NCBI GenBank assembly: GCA_964016885.1
Contig: OZ024745.1
Coordinates: 85,746,001-85,810,000, forward strand
Origin: Eledone cirrhosa
Lineage: Eukaryota
Length of the DNA: 64,000 bases
Direction: 5' to 3'
Shown one piece after another: positions 1 through 13,644 of this stretch. The notes under the pieces were generated by a model that did not search any database, was not told the origin of the DNA, and worked only from the letters and a program-made list of their open reading frames with translations. Made by a program: the position numbers and the translations under genes. Position 1 is the stretch's first letter. Every line of letters begins with the position of its first letter.

Positions 1-759
1 CGCTTATTCACTTATTTACTTTACTCATCCAAAAATATTTATTTTTTCACTTCATCTTAAAAGGTATGCTAATATAACAACCTATCACTTAGGGCTTTCT
101 CTTTCGCTCTCTCTTTTCTCTTTTCTTTTTTCTTCTCTTTCTCTCTTTCTCTTTTTCTCGTTTTCTTATTTTCCTCTTAAAGCTGCTTTTTTTCTTTTTA
201 TCTTTTTTTTTTTATTTTCTCTTGTTTCTGTTTTCTTTTTTCTTTCTTCTCTTTTCTTTTTTCTTTTTTCTCTTTATCTTTTTTCTTTTTTCTTTTTTCT
301 TTTTTCTTTTTTCCTTTTTTCTTTTTTCTTTTTTCTTTTTTTCTTTTTTCTTTTTTCTTTTTTCTTTTTTCTTTTTTCTTTTTCCCTCTATCCATACCCA
401 ATGGCTTATTTTAAATCTACTGTGATTAAAAAATATCCGACACTAATTTGCATAATAGTATAAACAAATTTATAACCCCACTATCCGGGAGCTTCCAACA
501 GAAATGGTCGCATTCTTTATGGCTATGTCAATATTTATTTACAAAACTGATCTATATTATATTTTATCTGATGAAAGCACACCATAATTTAACTTGGTGT
601 CCTTGAAATATGTATAATGAAATAAATATGGTTTTATAAATATAGTATCCATTTGTTAATATATCGTATTTTTACTCCAATAATTTGTTGAGTGCTTTAT
701 ATCAGTTATAAAAATATTTGCTTGTTGTATCCCAACAATTTAAATAGAACTTCTACATT

Positions 760-760
<1 letters not shown>
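1..760 (+). mobile_element. 3' end / pseudo-LTR of a Penelope-like element (family C), running off the window start
   Basis: Near-identical to 15720-16310 (+) and 8922-9480 (-); contains an HHR at 561-623; ends in (TA)n. Confidence 0.75.
561..623 (+). ncRNA. Type I hammerhead ribozyme (family C)
   Basis: attttat-CTGATGA-aagcacacca..tggtgtcctt-GAAA-tatgta-TA-atgaaat; stem I attttat/atgaaat pairs. Confidence 0.8.
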
Positions 761-821
<61 letters not shown>

Positions 822-826
<5 letters not shown>

Positions 827-3800
827 TATTGAAGTTTGCTTGAAGCATTGTGGAATAATAAGATAAATTTCTTTAAGTCGTTTGGAAGCCTCGACAATGC
901 AGATGGGTAAATCTCCGTGTAACAAGATCCGGTGGTGGAGAGAGAGATGTAAGTGGGTGTACGTTGAGATGCGTGGCGTGTATAAGACTCCAGTGTGTAG
1001 AGGAATGACGGAAAGAGCGTGAAGGATAAAAATAAAAATAACAACACGAGAAAGAGTTACTCTGGGAGAGATTTAATTGTCCCTATATATTTCGGATTCA
1101 CATCCATCAACTGGTGTTTTTTCCGGGGGGTGGGGGAGGTTGTCTGTCGGAAAGGTGCGAAACGTGTCCTCGGCTGTTCGTTGTTTTGAATATCTGAGGT
1201 ATTCAGCAGAGCGCGCGTGGGCGTGAAATTGGGTCTGTCAGACAGAGGTCAGCGGCCGAAGTAGCTCTTTCAATTGTGGGAGTGGGGTGGCGCTAGCTGT
1301 CAGTCCATAGTATTCTCTGCCTGTTTGGTGAATGTTACTGTGTGTGTGTGTATGTGCGTGTGTTGTTGTCTCGCTTGAGTGTGCGTGTGTGTGCGTGTGT
1401 TGTTGCCTTGTTCTTCTGTATTGGCAGTGTAGTATGTTCGTATGATGGAATGCTACTCTGTGTGTGTGTGTGCGTGTGTTGCTGTCTCGCTTGTGTGTGT
1501 GTGTGTGCATGTGTTGCTGCATCGTTTGTTAACTTAAACCAACCACCTCATTTCGCTTCTCTCAGATCGGTTGTTTAATTGTGGCCCTAGGCGTTTCCTA
1601 GTGCTTCCTTGATACGTAATGTGCCGACGTTTATTTCTGGCGCTAGAATTGTGACAATGGGCCTTCCGTCTTTGTTTCCGCATGTGTTTCCGGAAAGACG
1701 AGACCCTGGTGTTAGTGTGCTTCTTGATCCGGATGTGCAACGGTCGGATTGTGCTACCAATATAGTATTGGTTGCACTTGTTACATTCTATATTATACAC
1801 GACGTATGTGCGTAGGCAACAGTTCGCATGGCGCATCGGGCAGCCTCTGAGGGAGCACGCGTCAGTTGATTTCCCGGGTTTCCTGGAGAGGCATCTTCGC
1901 AGGGAGGGGCCCGAGTGGGCCAGGTGGATGTCGAGGCCCTCCCTCCGTATAGCCTTGCGGATAGCGTTGGTGGTATTCTCGCCCAGGTGTGGCATTTTAA
2001 GGAAGCACTTGCTTTGGGTGCCTCTCTGTCTCTTGTGTCTGGTGTCTCCTACTCTGTCTGTGATCGAGGTAGGGTACCCGTTCGTCTCCAGCACCTCGAG
2101 GAATCGCTTTGTATGAGTGACACCACTCGCAGGATCGCTGCATCTGTTTTTGATTCGCGCGATCTCGTTCGTGATGTATCCTCTTTTAGCACTGTTAGGG
2201 AGGGCGGAAGTCCAGGAGGGCAAGTGACCCGTCGTCGTTGGGGTGTTCAACACTGAAGTCAATGTTCTCGTCCGTGTTGTTAAACGTCTCATAGATTCTG
2301 TTCGCCATGTCTTGGGAAGATGTGAGGATGAGGATATCGTCCACGTACCTTGAGAAAAAGGCGACGGCGTTGGGGTGGCAGGCCTTGAGTGCCTTGCGCT
2401 TGAGGCTGTCCATGTAAGAGATCGCTAGCACACCGACAGGCTTGATCCCATGGGCAGTCCCGAGGTTTTTTGGTATGTTTGGTCAAGGAATCCGAAGTAG
2501 GTGTTGTCGACGACGATGGATAGGAGTTGGTGGATGTCAGTGGTGGTGAGCCCGAAGCAGTGTAGGTCGGTGGATTGGACGCGTTACATCAGTATATTAA
2601 CGGCCGGGAGTGTCGGGACCGAGGCGTAGAGAGCGACTACATCAAGGCTGAAGGCATATCTGTTATTATTTCTGGTGTCGGGATCCATTTGATGCAGGCG
2701 CTTCAACACCTCCTCCGAGCTGTTAACGTGTCCCGGCAAGGTGTCTATGATGGGTTTGAGTATTCTGGCTAGGAGCCATGAAATTTTGTAGAGTGGTCCT
2801 TCCACGCTCGATACAATGGGCCTGATCTTCAGGTCGGGTCCCTGTTTGTGTGTTTTCACGAGGTGGTATAAGGCGGGTAGTCTGCTGTTACTCGTGAGGA
2901 GGTTGTATCTCAGCTTCTTCGGGAGCTTCCGCCGGTCGCAGATGTTGGTGCAGGCGGCGTTGATGTGCTCTTCTATCTGCGCGGGAGTGATTCCCGTGAC
3001 CTTGGAGTAGAGGTTGTCATCGTCAAGGTGTTGGAGGGCCAGGGTGATGTAGGCCTCTCTGCTGATGACACATCATTCTTTTCCCTTGTCGGAGGGGAGA
3101 TAGATGAGGTTCTTCGATTTTAGGTTGGAGACAGTGGTGAGTTGAGATTTGCTGAGGTTGTGTGTTGTGTGTGTGTGTGTGTGTTTGTGAAGTATATCCG
3201 AGATGGAGTATTTTAGCCTGATGAGTTTAGTGTCGAGTTCGTGGTTGGTGGGTGGGGGGTGGAGTGGGTTGTCAGGGTGGTAAGTGGGGAACTTGGGGTG
3301 GGTTGCGTGGACGCTGTTATTTTATGTGGCGCTGTTGATGGCGGTCACCCATTTAAGTTGGTAAGCGGCTCGACAAAAGTTGGCCCCGATGTTGAGTTTG
3401 AGTCTGTCGTTGAATCGTTGTGAGACGATGAACTTGGGTCCGAGGTGTAGGAGTTTCAGCTCGTCGCTTGTGAGAGTGCCGGTAAGGTGGGTGACCAGGT
3501 GCGTCGCATCGTTGAGGTGTGGCTCGGTGTTGGTGGATGCAGCGGTGGCGGTTGTTAAGCTGCTGTTTTACACGTGGTTCTGGTCCGTCTGTTCGTTAGT
3601 GTCGATGTTCTCGTTGTGGAGTTTAGACAAGATCCACTCATATTTCCGCTTGAGCCGTTTTTTTCTCGTATTGTACTCTTGAGTGGTAGCACTGGTCGAT
3701 TGCTTTAGTGATTTTCAGGAGCAAGTCGCCGGGTGTTATTGACAGTCGATGAGTCCGCTCTGAGAGTGTCCGCTTATGGATGTGTAATTGGCGGTTGATA

Positions 3801-4349
3801 TGTCTCAGGATCTGTTTAATACACGTGCGATGTATACGGTTAGTGGTGTTTTGGAAAGCTGGTGTACGTAGGCTTACTGGTAAGCGGATGTTCCTGATGG
3901 TATTAGGGATGACATCGATTTTTAGGCAGCGTTTCAGGAAAATAATTTGACAGCCAGCATTGGCCCATTTATCCGACAGTCTAAACAGTTCCCTTACGGA
4001 TGCAAACAATTCCTGTCTCAGGTGTAAGGATAAGAGAGTATTGAAGTTTGCTTGAAGCATTGTGGAATAATAAGGTACATTTCTTTAAGTCGTTTCGAAG
4101 CCTCGACAATGCAGATGGGTAAATCTCCGGGTAACAAGATCCGCTGGTGGAGAGAGAGAGATGTAAGTGGGTGTACGTTGAGATGCGTGGCGTGTATAAG
4201 ACTAAAGCGTGTAGAGGAATAAAGGAAAGAGCGTGAAGGTTGAAATAAAAATAACAACACGAGAAAGAGTTACCTTGGGAGAGATTTAATTGTCCCTATA
4301 TATTTCGGATTCACATCCATCAACTGAGTTTTTTTACGAGGGGGGGGTA
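822..4349 (-). mobile_element. Near full-length Penelope-like retrotransposon (family A, Penelope/Poseidon-type) with direct pseudo-LTRs
   Basis: Direct repeats 822-1137 and 4033-4349 overlap the ORF start (MLQANFNTLLS); RT and GIY-YIG fragments lie between; (TA)n on both flanks. Confidence 0.9.
1534..4060 (-). pseudogene. Frameshifted PLE ORF: reverse transcriptase plus C-terminal GIY-YIG endonuclease
   Basis: Motifs LGPKF, KTHK..IRPIVS, SLDVVALY, RYVDDILI, LALLDF, VVYNIECNKCNQYYIGST spread over several frames. Confidence 0.9.
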
Positions 4350-4579
4350 GGTTATATGTATATATTATATATATATATAATATATATATATATATATTTT
4401 ATATATATATATACATATTTTATATATATATTATATATATATTATATATATATATATATTATATATATATATATTATATATATATATATATATTATATAT
4501 ATATATATATATATATTTTATAAATACATATATATATATATATATTATATATTATATATATATATATATATTATATATA

Positions 4580-4626
<47 letters not shown>

Positions 4627-5069
4627 GAGCAGAATGGTTAAAATGTTCAATGTAAATACCCTTAAATGAGGTTATTGGGGAAGATAGAGTAGAAAAGGAA
4701 GAGAGAAAAGAAGGGGAGAGGAAGAGAGAGAGAAAGATATGCAGGGGTTGGAGAAATGGGAGAGAGTGGTTTGTAGATATCTTAATCAAAATGTTGTGGT
4801 AGGGGTTTTATTATACTGGTTACTCTTAAAGCGACCACCTTAAGCCATGCGTTGATAGTCAAGGTTGGAATTATTGATTGCCCCAGAGGGCAGGTTCATA
4901 GATGTGGAGAGGAAAGGAGGTAGGCCTAGGGCGAGAGACAGAGAGTGGAATGGATAGAGAGGGAGAGATAGAGAAGGGACATAACTCGTTGAGTAACCTC
5001 ACACCGTACGTCAACTCTATCCATTACTGCATCTAGGTTAATCATATACCTAATATATATATATATATA

Positions 5070-5186
<117 letters not shown>

Positions 5187-5299
5187 ATTTTATATATATA
5201 TATATATATGTATTTTATATATATATATATAAATATATTATATATATATATTATATTTTATATATATATACTGTATATATTATATATAGTTGTTATATA

Positions 5300-5812
5300 G
5301 TAGGGTGCATTACTGGTTGTGTAAAATGGTCCAATAACTTTATGCTAGCAATATTAAGTTCTCCACGCTTTTGTATATCTCCAATTCCATTCGAGGGAAC
5401 AGCTAGATGATGTAAAACGGAGTATAAGTATCAAAATGAAAATCCGAAGGCAAGGTAAAATTCCAATCATTTAATCACGACACATGTTTCAATAAGAGAT
5501 AGATCGATTGTGAAGCCATGGTCGATTATCGCTGTTCTTATCAGGTGAAAATGAATTCTCTTCAAATTCTTGATATGAGGGAGAAAAAAATAACGATGTT
5601 CTCTCATAGAATTCATTCCCTCATATTTCTGTGAGAAAACATCGTTATTCTTTTCTCCCTCATATCAAGAATTTGAAGACAATTCATTTTCACCTGATGA
5701 GATCAGTGATAATCGATCATGGCTTCACAATCGATCTATCTCTTATTGAAACATGTGTCGTGATTAAATGATTGGAATTTTACCTTGCCTTCGGATTTTC
5801 ATTTTGATACTC
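5300..5812. mobile_element. Solo PLE-type pseudo-LTR with inverted duplication (arms about 5427-5605 and 5635-5812)
   Basis: Arms are reverse complements with a few substitutions; each holds an HHR motif; (TA)n flanks. Confidence 0.65.
5690..5763 (+). ncRNA. Type I hammerhead ribozyme; inverted mutated copy (CTGATAA core) at 5475-5548 (-)
   Basis: tcac-CTGATGA-long stem II-GAAAC-atgt-GTC-gtga. Confidence 0.75.
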
Positions 5813-6052
5813 ATATTATATATATATATATATATTATATTTCGTTTCTGAATTTGTTTAGCAAGATTCTTTATCTGAAATCGTGTGTTGAAACCGATAT
5901 TGTTATACTTTGGGAGGGTCATGTTGCCAATATGAAACACACGCACCAGTTGCTTTAACTTCAATTTATTATAATAAATTTATAATAAATTTATAAATTT
6001 ATAAATTTCTGGTTGGTTGGTTGGTTCCACAACCAGATAGTTGTTTATATAG

Positions 6053-6097
6053 AGTCATAGTTCTTTCGTCACACACTCTGTGACCTCTTCAGTGACT
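6053..6097 (-). ncRNA. Type I hammerhead ribozyme (family B)
   Basis: Minus strand agtca-CTGAAGA-g-gtcac..gtgac-GAAA-gaac-TA-tgact. Confidence 0.8.
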
Positions 6098-6297
6098 GGG
6101 GATTCCTTTCTTTGTTTCTGTGCCTTTCCTTTGTTCTGTCCTACGCCATTTTGTTTCTGTGTGTGTGTTGTGTGCTCAGTCTGTGCATGCGCCACATCCG
6201 GGTGTCTGTGTGTGTTTATGTTCGTTTATTTATTTGTTTATTTACATGTTACTGGTTGGTTGTTTGTTCTATGTGTGTGTGTGTTTTCATTTTGTCC

Positions 6298-6960
6298 TTA
6301 ATTGTAAGTTGTGATGTTGCTGTTCCACTCATATTTTCTATTTAATTTTGGTTGTAATTCTTTTATGTTTATTGCCTCTGTAATTTGTCTAAACATTGCG
6401 TATTTTCTGTGTGTAGATTCTATTTTTATTTCTATGTTCTCTAATTTGCCCTTGTGTTCTATCTTAGCATGTTGGTAGAGTACAGATGATTCTTTATTAT
6501 CTTGAAGGTCTCGCCGGTGTTCATTTATCCGTTCCCCTACACTACGAGCTGTCTCACCTATGTACACTATATTTTTGTCTCTACATTGTCCTTCAGTACA
6601 TCTCATACTATACACTACATTTCTAGTTTTACAGTTAATATGGGGGCTTATTGTACAGGTTATACATTTCTTATCTATACATGAGGGTCTTTGAAAAGGG
6701 TATGTCTTGCTAATAAGTGTTTTTACAGAGGTACCTGATCTTTCTACTATCTTAATATTGAGTTTATGTTTATTTAGGGCCCTTCTAAATTTGTAAGCTA
6801 ATTCACCTCTAGGGGTTGTATTGATGAACATTACACTCTGGTATTTATTGCTATCATACCATGAGTTTATTCTATTGGCCTTGTTCCTAGTTCTTTCTAT
6901 TCTATTCCAAAATTTGCTCCTATACAAGGGGCAGGTCCCATTTATGTCATTATTTACCAT
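6298..6960 (-). pseudogene. PLE linker plus GIY-YIG endonuclease fragment
   Basis: CIDKKCITC..NCKTRNVVYSMRC...YIGETARSVGERINEH; RQITEAINI. Confidence 0.85.
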
Positions 6961-7090
6961 TTACCAAGGAAAGGTTAATCACTCTTAAAGGTAAATATTA
7001 CCTATATTAGCTATGCGTGGTTACACGCGAGCAAAAATTATCTCCTGTGATTATTCATGTATATTTATATCTTAATCAACCTCTAGTTAT

Positions 7091-7122
<32 letters not shown>

Positions 7123-7128
7123 TATATA

Positions 7129-7445
<317 letters not shown>

Positions 7446-7457
7446 ATATATATATAT

Positions 7458-7552
<95 letters not shown>

Positions 7553-7556
<4 letters not shown>

Positions 7557-7848
7557 AAATAACGAAACGAAATTAAATTTCATTTCATTTGTAACTCACT
7601 TTTGTATGACTGACGCTTAAACAATTAAGTTAAAAAAATTACATCTACATATGCATACTGAAATACTAGTGTGTATATGAATACACACACGTATACATAT
7701 GTATATGTAACAAGTCTTTCACTGGTTGCTTTACTGTGAGCACCCAGCTATTCTGTATGTAAACACACAGACAAACCGGTTTTTAGAGTCATACTGGTTT
7801 TTGAGGGAACACCTTCCCTCTATTCTCCAGAAAGCCAGACAAGGAATA

Positions 7849-7852
<4 letters not shown>
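7553..7852 (-). mobile_element. Solo diverged partial copy of the 467-bp retrozyme-like unit
   Basis: Collinear with 39224-39522, with substitutions; (TA)n on both sides. Confidence 0.9.
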
Positions 7853-7892
<40 letters not shown>

Positions 7893-7898
7893 TATTAT

Positions 7899-8260
7899 AA
7901 ATGAAGTAATTCCGTCGGAAAGGTCCAGGAAAAAAGAATGCTCTAGGTAGGTTACAGAGCTTAAGAGTTATGTAATAAACAACATAAGGCAATTATTTCA
8001 TTGACCAGTAGTTTCTTGAAAGCAAACAAATTTTGCTTTCAATCATCAGAATGAAAAAATCCTGGTGTCTTTATTGACATTGGATTTTAAAAACAAAAAT
8101 ATAATCTATATGAAAGTGAGGCTGGAAAAAGAAGAAGCAAAAAAATTAGACACACATGCACACACACACACACACACACAATTACATACAAACACATATA
8201 TATACATACATATACACATATATATATATATATCAACATATCCATACATACACATACACA
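7899..8260 (-). mobile_element. 3' part of non-autonomous HHR element family E
   Basis: Matches 33250-33515 and 21480-21670. Confidence 0.75.
7996..8056 (-). ncRNA. Type I hammerhead ribozyme (family E)
   Basis: tttcatt-CTGATGA-ttgaaagcaaa..tttgctttcaa-GAAAC-tactg-GTC-aatgaaa. Confidence 0.88.
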
Positions 8261-8301
8261 CGAATACACAAACACAAACACACACAAACACAAACACACA
8301 C

Positions 8302-8428
<127 letters not shown>

Positions 8429-8881
8429 CAATATCGGAGAAAGCTTTTTAGCGATACTCCGGCCAAATTCCAACTCACTCAACAAACATTAGGAAATAAG
8501 TGATTATATTCCCAATTATGCGTTCGGGGTGCTAACTAAAAGTATTGCGTGGAAAATTGGCTGTATTATTTCATATGAGACATATCGAATATATCTCTTC
8601 CCAGACGGACGTCTCGTACATTATAGGATTCCTACAATTTGGGTTAAATTATACCAATTTATGTAGGAGCTTGTATATCATCAATAGATATATATTCAAG
8701 TGGGCTCCTATAATTCATCAGTGGGTGCCCCAATAATACTAATATTGATAATCTAACCAACATCAGTATTTAGCGATAATCATCCTCTGTGCCTGAGTTA
8801 TCTGTCAGGTGGCCAGTCCAGCAGTTCTAAAGAAATGCTCAAACTGATTTAAAAATGAGGAAGTAAATTACCGCCAAAAAA

Positions 8882-8912
<31 letters not shown>

Positions 8913-8963
8913 CATCTATACGATATATTAACAAATGGAAACTATATTTATAAAACCATATTT

Positions 8964-9026
8964 ATTTCATTATACATATTTCAAGGACACCAAGTTAAAT
9001 TATGGTGCGCTTTCATCAGATAAAAT
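8964..9026 (-). ncRNA. Type I hammerhead ribozyme (family C)
   Basis: Reverse complement of the 561-623 motif, intact CTGATGA/GAAA. Confidence 0.8.
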
Positions 9027-9832
9027 ATAATATAGATCAGTTTTATAAATAAATATTGACATACTCTTAGAGAAGGCGACCATTTCTGTTGGAAGCTCCC
9101 GGATAGTGGGGTTATTAAATTTATTTAGTCTATTATGCAAATTAGTGTCGGATATGTTAAAATCACAGTAGATTTTAAATAAGCCTTGAAGTATGGAAAA
9201 AAAGGGGAAGAAAAGAAAAAGAGAAAAAAGAGAAAAAGAGAAAAAAGAGAAAAAAGAGAAAAAAGAGAAAAAAGAGAAAAAAGAGAAAAAAGAGAAAAAA
9301 GAGAAAAAAGATAAAAGAGCAAACTCTAAGAGGAAAATAAGAAAACAAGCGAAGGAGAAAGAGAAGAAGAAAAGAAAAGGGAAAGAGAAACAGAAAGCCC
9401 TAAGTGAAGTATTAGCGTAACTTTTAAGATGAAGTGAAAAACTAAATATTTATTGGATGAGTTAGGAAGAGTAAATAAGCGTGAATGGAAAATAAATAAA
9501 TAATAACTGGAGAATTTTATCCAGTGTTTAAATATGATTAAATGTTTAGTTTATCAATTAAGTTATCAATTAAATTATTGAGATCTATACATTAAAATTG
9601 AGATCTATATATTATTAAAATCTATATATTATTAAAACTATATATTATTAAAAAACCTATATATCATTAAAAGAATATATTCATATATATACATACACAC
9701 ACACACATATATATATACATATACATATGCATATATATATACATAGACATACATATATATAAATACAATAAAATATTTTTTATGTTTAAGATATAGGAAT
9801 TTTTCTAAACTTATAGATTTTTCGGAGAAATC

Positions 9833-10385
9833 GGCACGGAAAACATTGAATTTAACAACCAACTCTGGAGTAGAGCAGATAGAAATAATAATTTCGATAT
9901 CACTATGGGATCATCCGATTCCGCTCAGGTAACGGATCTTGGGGGCTTTTTATATATAATTCTCTACATAGAAAAATACCTGAGATGACCGGAGGTTTAT
10001 ATTGTGACGACATGCTATTACTTATCGAAAATAATAACTGTGAATTAAATAGGAAAAGAAAAGAAATTATACAATTTTTTAATTACCTTAATCTAAGAGT
10101 AGAAAATAACCATAAAATAGTTAATTTTCTAGATGTAACCTTAAACCTTAACACATGTCTTCATTATCCATTTCACAAACTAAACGAGAATTTAAACTAC
10201 GTTAATTTTAACTCTAATCACCCCAGATCCGTTAAAAATACTTTTGTGAATTCTGTACAGCAACGCATTTCTAGAATTTCAGGTAATAGGAATATATTTG
10301 ATGATAAAGCACATTATTACAACGAAGCGTTAGGTAGAGCTGGATATAGAAATAAAATTAAATACGTTGAGAATAATAATATAAT
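9833..10385 (+). pseudogene. PLE reverse transcriptase C-terminal part and thumb
   Basis: FDITMGSSDSAQVTDL, GGLYCDD (YRDD variant), VNFLDVTLNL, SNHP. Confidence 0.85.
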
Positions 10386-13300
10386 TTTCTTTTTATTTGC
10401 CACCAGGGCATCAAAAAGTGGGACAAGTACAATGGGGGAGTTTACATAACAGGGCGTCCTCAATAAGGATGAGGCAATAACAATGTATAAAAATAAAATA
10501 AAACATAACAAAATAAATTTTATAACAAAATCCTCAATAGGGAGGAGGCGCCTTGGGGGGTCGCACACACCCCCGAAAAAAGTGTGCAACCCTTCTCCCC
10601 AGGAGCACAGAGAGGGGGTGCTCCCTTGATCTTTCCTCTTCCTCACCTATAGTCTGATGTAGAGGGAAGGCCCATTCACACGGGCCATTCTCGCCACTTT
10701 CACCCGTCTTTCATAAAAACGGCTGGGGTGCAGCCCCTCTCTCTCCATCCTGATCCTTCTTCCGAAGTGATATCGGAAGAAACGGACCAGTTGTTGGCCA
10801 GAGAGAAAGGTGTCTGACCTCACTCCTTTCAGACGCGTCCATCATACAACCTCTTTCGCCATGGCTATTACGCACAGAAACACCGCCTCTCCTTCGTTTT
10901 TGAAGAGGGGAGGCGGCTTGGTCGTTACAATAGACTCGGTGGTCAACCGGATCGGTCCCACCCTTGACAGCAGTTGTTCGACATAGCCCCACGCATCTGG
11001 GACAGATCTTTTTCGAAGGGCTCCCTACCCGGGCGCCCGTGTCTGTAGAGCCTTTCTCGAACGGGCAGAGCCCCTCGGTAGCACTGCCAGGCCAGGGACC
11101 TCTGGAAGTTATCCATGGGTCCCGGGCTGAATGTCCTACTGAACAGGTTGTCCAGTTCGTCTTCCTCCATGCCTAGGGCTTCTCCGAGGGCGTCGTTGCA
11201 CCTGCTAACCACCAGCCCTCTATAGAATGACGAGGTGGATTCTCCGCTGACAGCCGGGTCCGCCTGCCAGAGAGCCGTGAGCGCCTGGGCACACTCGGTG
11301 TGCCAGGCGCCCAGTTTTCTCGGTCTTTGCTTGACCCAGGATTGCAGCTCGGTGAGCGAGACGAGTCTGGGAAAGGCTCGCCTCACAAACGGGGCCCACA
11401 CCGGTTGACAGGTGAGGAATACCTGGAGGTGCCGTAGCCTTAATGCGTGTTTACGTATCACTAGCCACGGCATCCCCAGCCCTCCTTTCGAAGGGTGTTG
11501 ACAGCAGATGGATCTCCTCACCATAGGAGCCCGCTTCTTCCAAAGGAATTGGAAGAGTGCGCGCTCCATTTTGGCGAGCGTTTCCCTTGGGCAAGGCACA
11601 ACGGTCAGGCGGTAGTAGATGACGGACGCTATATAAGTGTTCGCCACCTACTCCCGACCTTTCAGGGACAGTTTGAACTCGGCCAACTTCTGGGTCAGTG
11701 CAAACACCCTGTTCATTACCTGACCCCAGTTCTTCTCCACCTGGAGGTCTGGTTCGAACCAGACCCCGAGCAACTTCACCGGGCCCTCTGTCCAGCGCCC
11801 GACGACGCCATCGGAGGGCATCGATCTGCCCCTCCACGTGCCGAGTTGTAGACCGATCGACTTGTGCCGGTTCAGCTTAGCCCCTTGTAAACCTTTCGTA
11901 CTCCTCCAGTAAGGTGCCGATCGCCCCGATTTCCGAGGCCGTCGACACCATTACTGTTACGTCGTCGGCGTAGGCCGACACCGCTTTCCGGTTCCAACTG
12001 GATGCCCTGCAACAACTCCAACTTCCGCAGCAGTGTCTCTAGAGTCATTACATACAGAAGGGAGGAGAGAGGGCACCCTTGTCGGATGGACCGCGCGATT
12101 TCGAACGGCTCTGAGAAGTAGCCGTTCACCTTGACCCTAGAGCAGATGCGGCTGCTGTGCATGCCATTGATCCAGCCCCTGAAAACCGGTCCGAAGCCTG
12201 CTGCCGCTAGCATCGCATCCAGGTAACCATGGTAGACCCTATCGAACGCCTTAAATTGATCCAAGTTGATCAGGGCCCCACCAAAGCCGGGTTCGTTCCC
12301 AACTCTCTCTATGATGTATCGCATGAGGTGGAGGTTGTTGTGGATGGACCTGGACGGGATAGCACATGTCTGCGCATCTGCCACCAGGTTGCCCACGACG
12401 AGCGCCAACCTCTTTGCTAGCACCTTGGCCAAAATCTGTAACTCTGTGTTTAGCAGAGTTATGGGCCTGGAATTATTTATATCGTCCCCTTGTTCTCGTC
12501 CTTCCTCACTACGCCCTTGGTCACAGCACAGGGAATCTCCCGTTCTGTTGCCAGTTGCAGTAGACCGCCTCGAGGAGATCGGGGAACAAGTCCGGCATAG
12601 CTAGATATAGTTCGTATGGAAGACCATCGAGACCCGGGGATTTGCGTTTGCCGCATTGGCTCAGCACGTCCTCTATCTCAGCGGCTGAAATCGGCTCCTC
12701 GCAGGACTTCACCTCCCTGTCCGAAAGACGCGGCAGGCCGTCGAGGTATGGACCGAGGTCCACTTCCCCAACCGGCTCCCCGCCCCTTCCGAACAATCTG
12801 GCAAAGTGCTTTTGAAAAGCCTCGCACATCTGCTTAGGCTCAAGGATCACCCGTCCATCCTGGTCTCGCAAAGACCGGATAGTGGATCTACTCCCTCTTT
12901 TGGCTTCTGTCACGCGGGCCCAGCTAACAGCTTTGGTCCCCTCGTTTCCCCGATGCAGCCTTCGTGTTTTGCGTCGAAGAACTGGCCCAGGGCCGTTCTC
13001 GACGCTAGCACTCTGGCCACGTCGCCGCTTCTAATTGCCTCTTCTACACTATCTACCAACTCCCTTTCCTTCCTATTTCTATTTGAGGCTAACTCCTTAC
13101 TAAATTCTATAGAGACTACTCTAATCTCTCTTTTGAGAGATCCCCACCACCTGCTGTTGACGATGGCGCCTGTCAACCGCTCCTTAACTAAAGTGCTAAT
13201 CCGGTCCCTGTAAGCCTTATTTGCCGGTAAGAACAAGTTGAACTTCCAGTAACCGGGTCCCTGACTATGCGTTCTGTCAGTGTTGACCATGCAGGTCACT

Positions 13301-13643
13301 AACTTGTGGTCTGAATAGCCAACCATGCGCATTTTTGGACAACTTAAAAAGTCCTTATCCTTAATTCTAACTAAGAACCTATCTAGGTACGACCTAGATG
13401 ATCCGCTGCGATTTGCCCAAGTCCAGGTTGGCGCAGTCGGAAAATCTAGTCGATATCTATCGGCCAGGTCAAATCTACCGATTAACCCTTTGAGGATATT
13501 ACACCCCTCTCTATCGGGACAGACCCCTACGTAGTCCCAGCGTGCATCTAAGATACCATTCCAGTCCCCGACTAATAGCAAGGAGCGGGACGTCCCTAGA
13601 AAAGTCTCCAGGCGATGGAAGAAGTCCGGCCGCATTGACCCGA
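10385..13643 (-). mobile_element. 5'-truncated Tx1/L1-clade LINE (APE endonuclease plus RT ORF2, frameshifted)
   Basis: LLLVGDWNGILD, SYLDRFLV, YSDH, GYWKFN, KSPGLDGLPYELY, LDQFKAFDRV, IRQGCPLS, YADD near 11960-11971, KGGLGMP; A-rich 3' end at about 10385-10398. Confidence 0.88.
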
Positions 13644-13644
13644 T

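Larger units (their letters stand above)
5840..6960 (-). mobile_element. 5'-truncated PLE (family B): endonuclease region, 3' UTR and pseudo-LTR holding the ORF start
   Basis: The 6298-6960 peptide aligns with the 62505-63416 peptides; the 3' terminus encodes MTLPKYNNIGFNTRFQIKNLAK, matching the N-terminus at 59720. Confidence 0.85.

Noticed and set aside
198-425. Lys/Glu-rich or Phe-rich small proteins (also 9193-9420)
   Set aside because: Purine/pyrimidine simple repeat inside the family C pseudo-LTR
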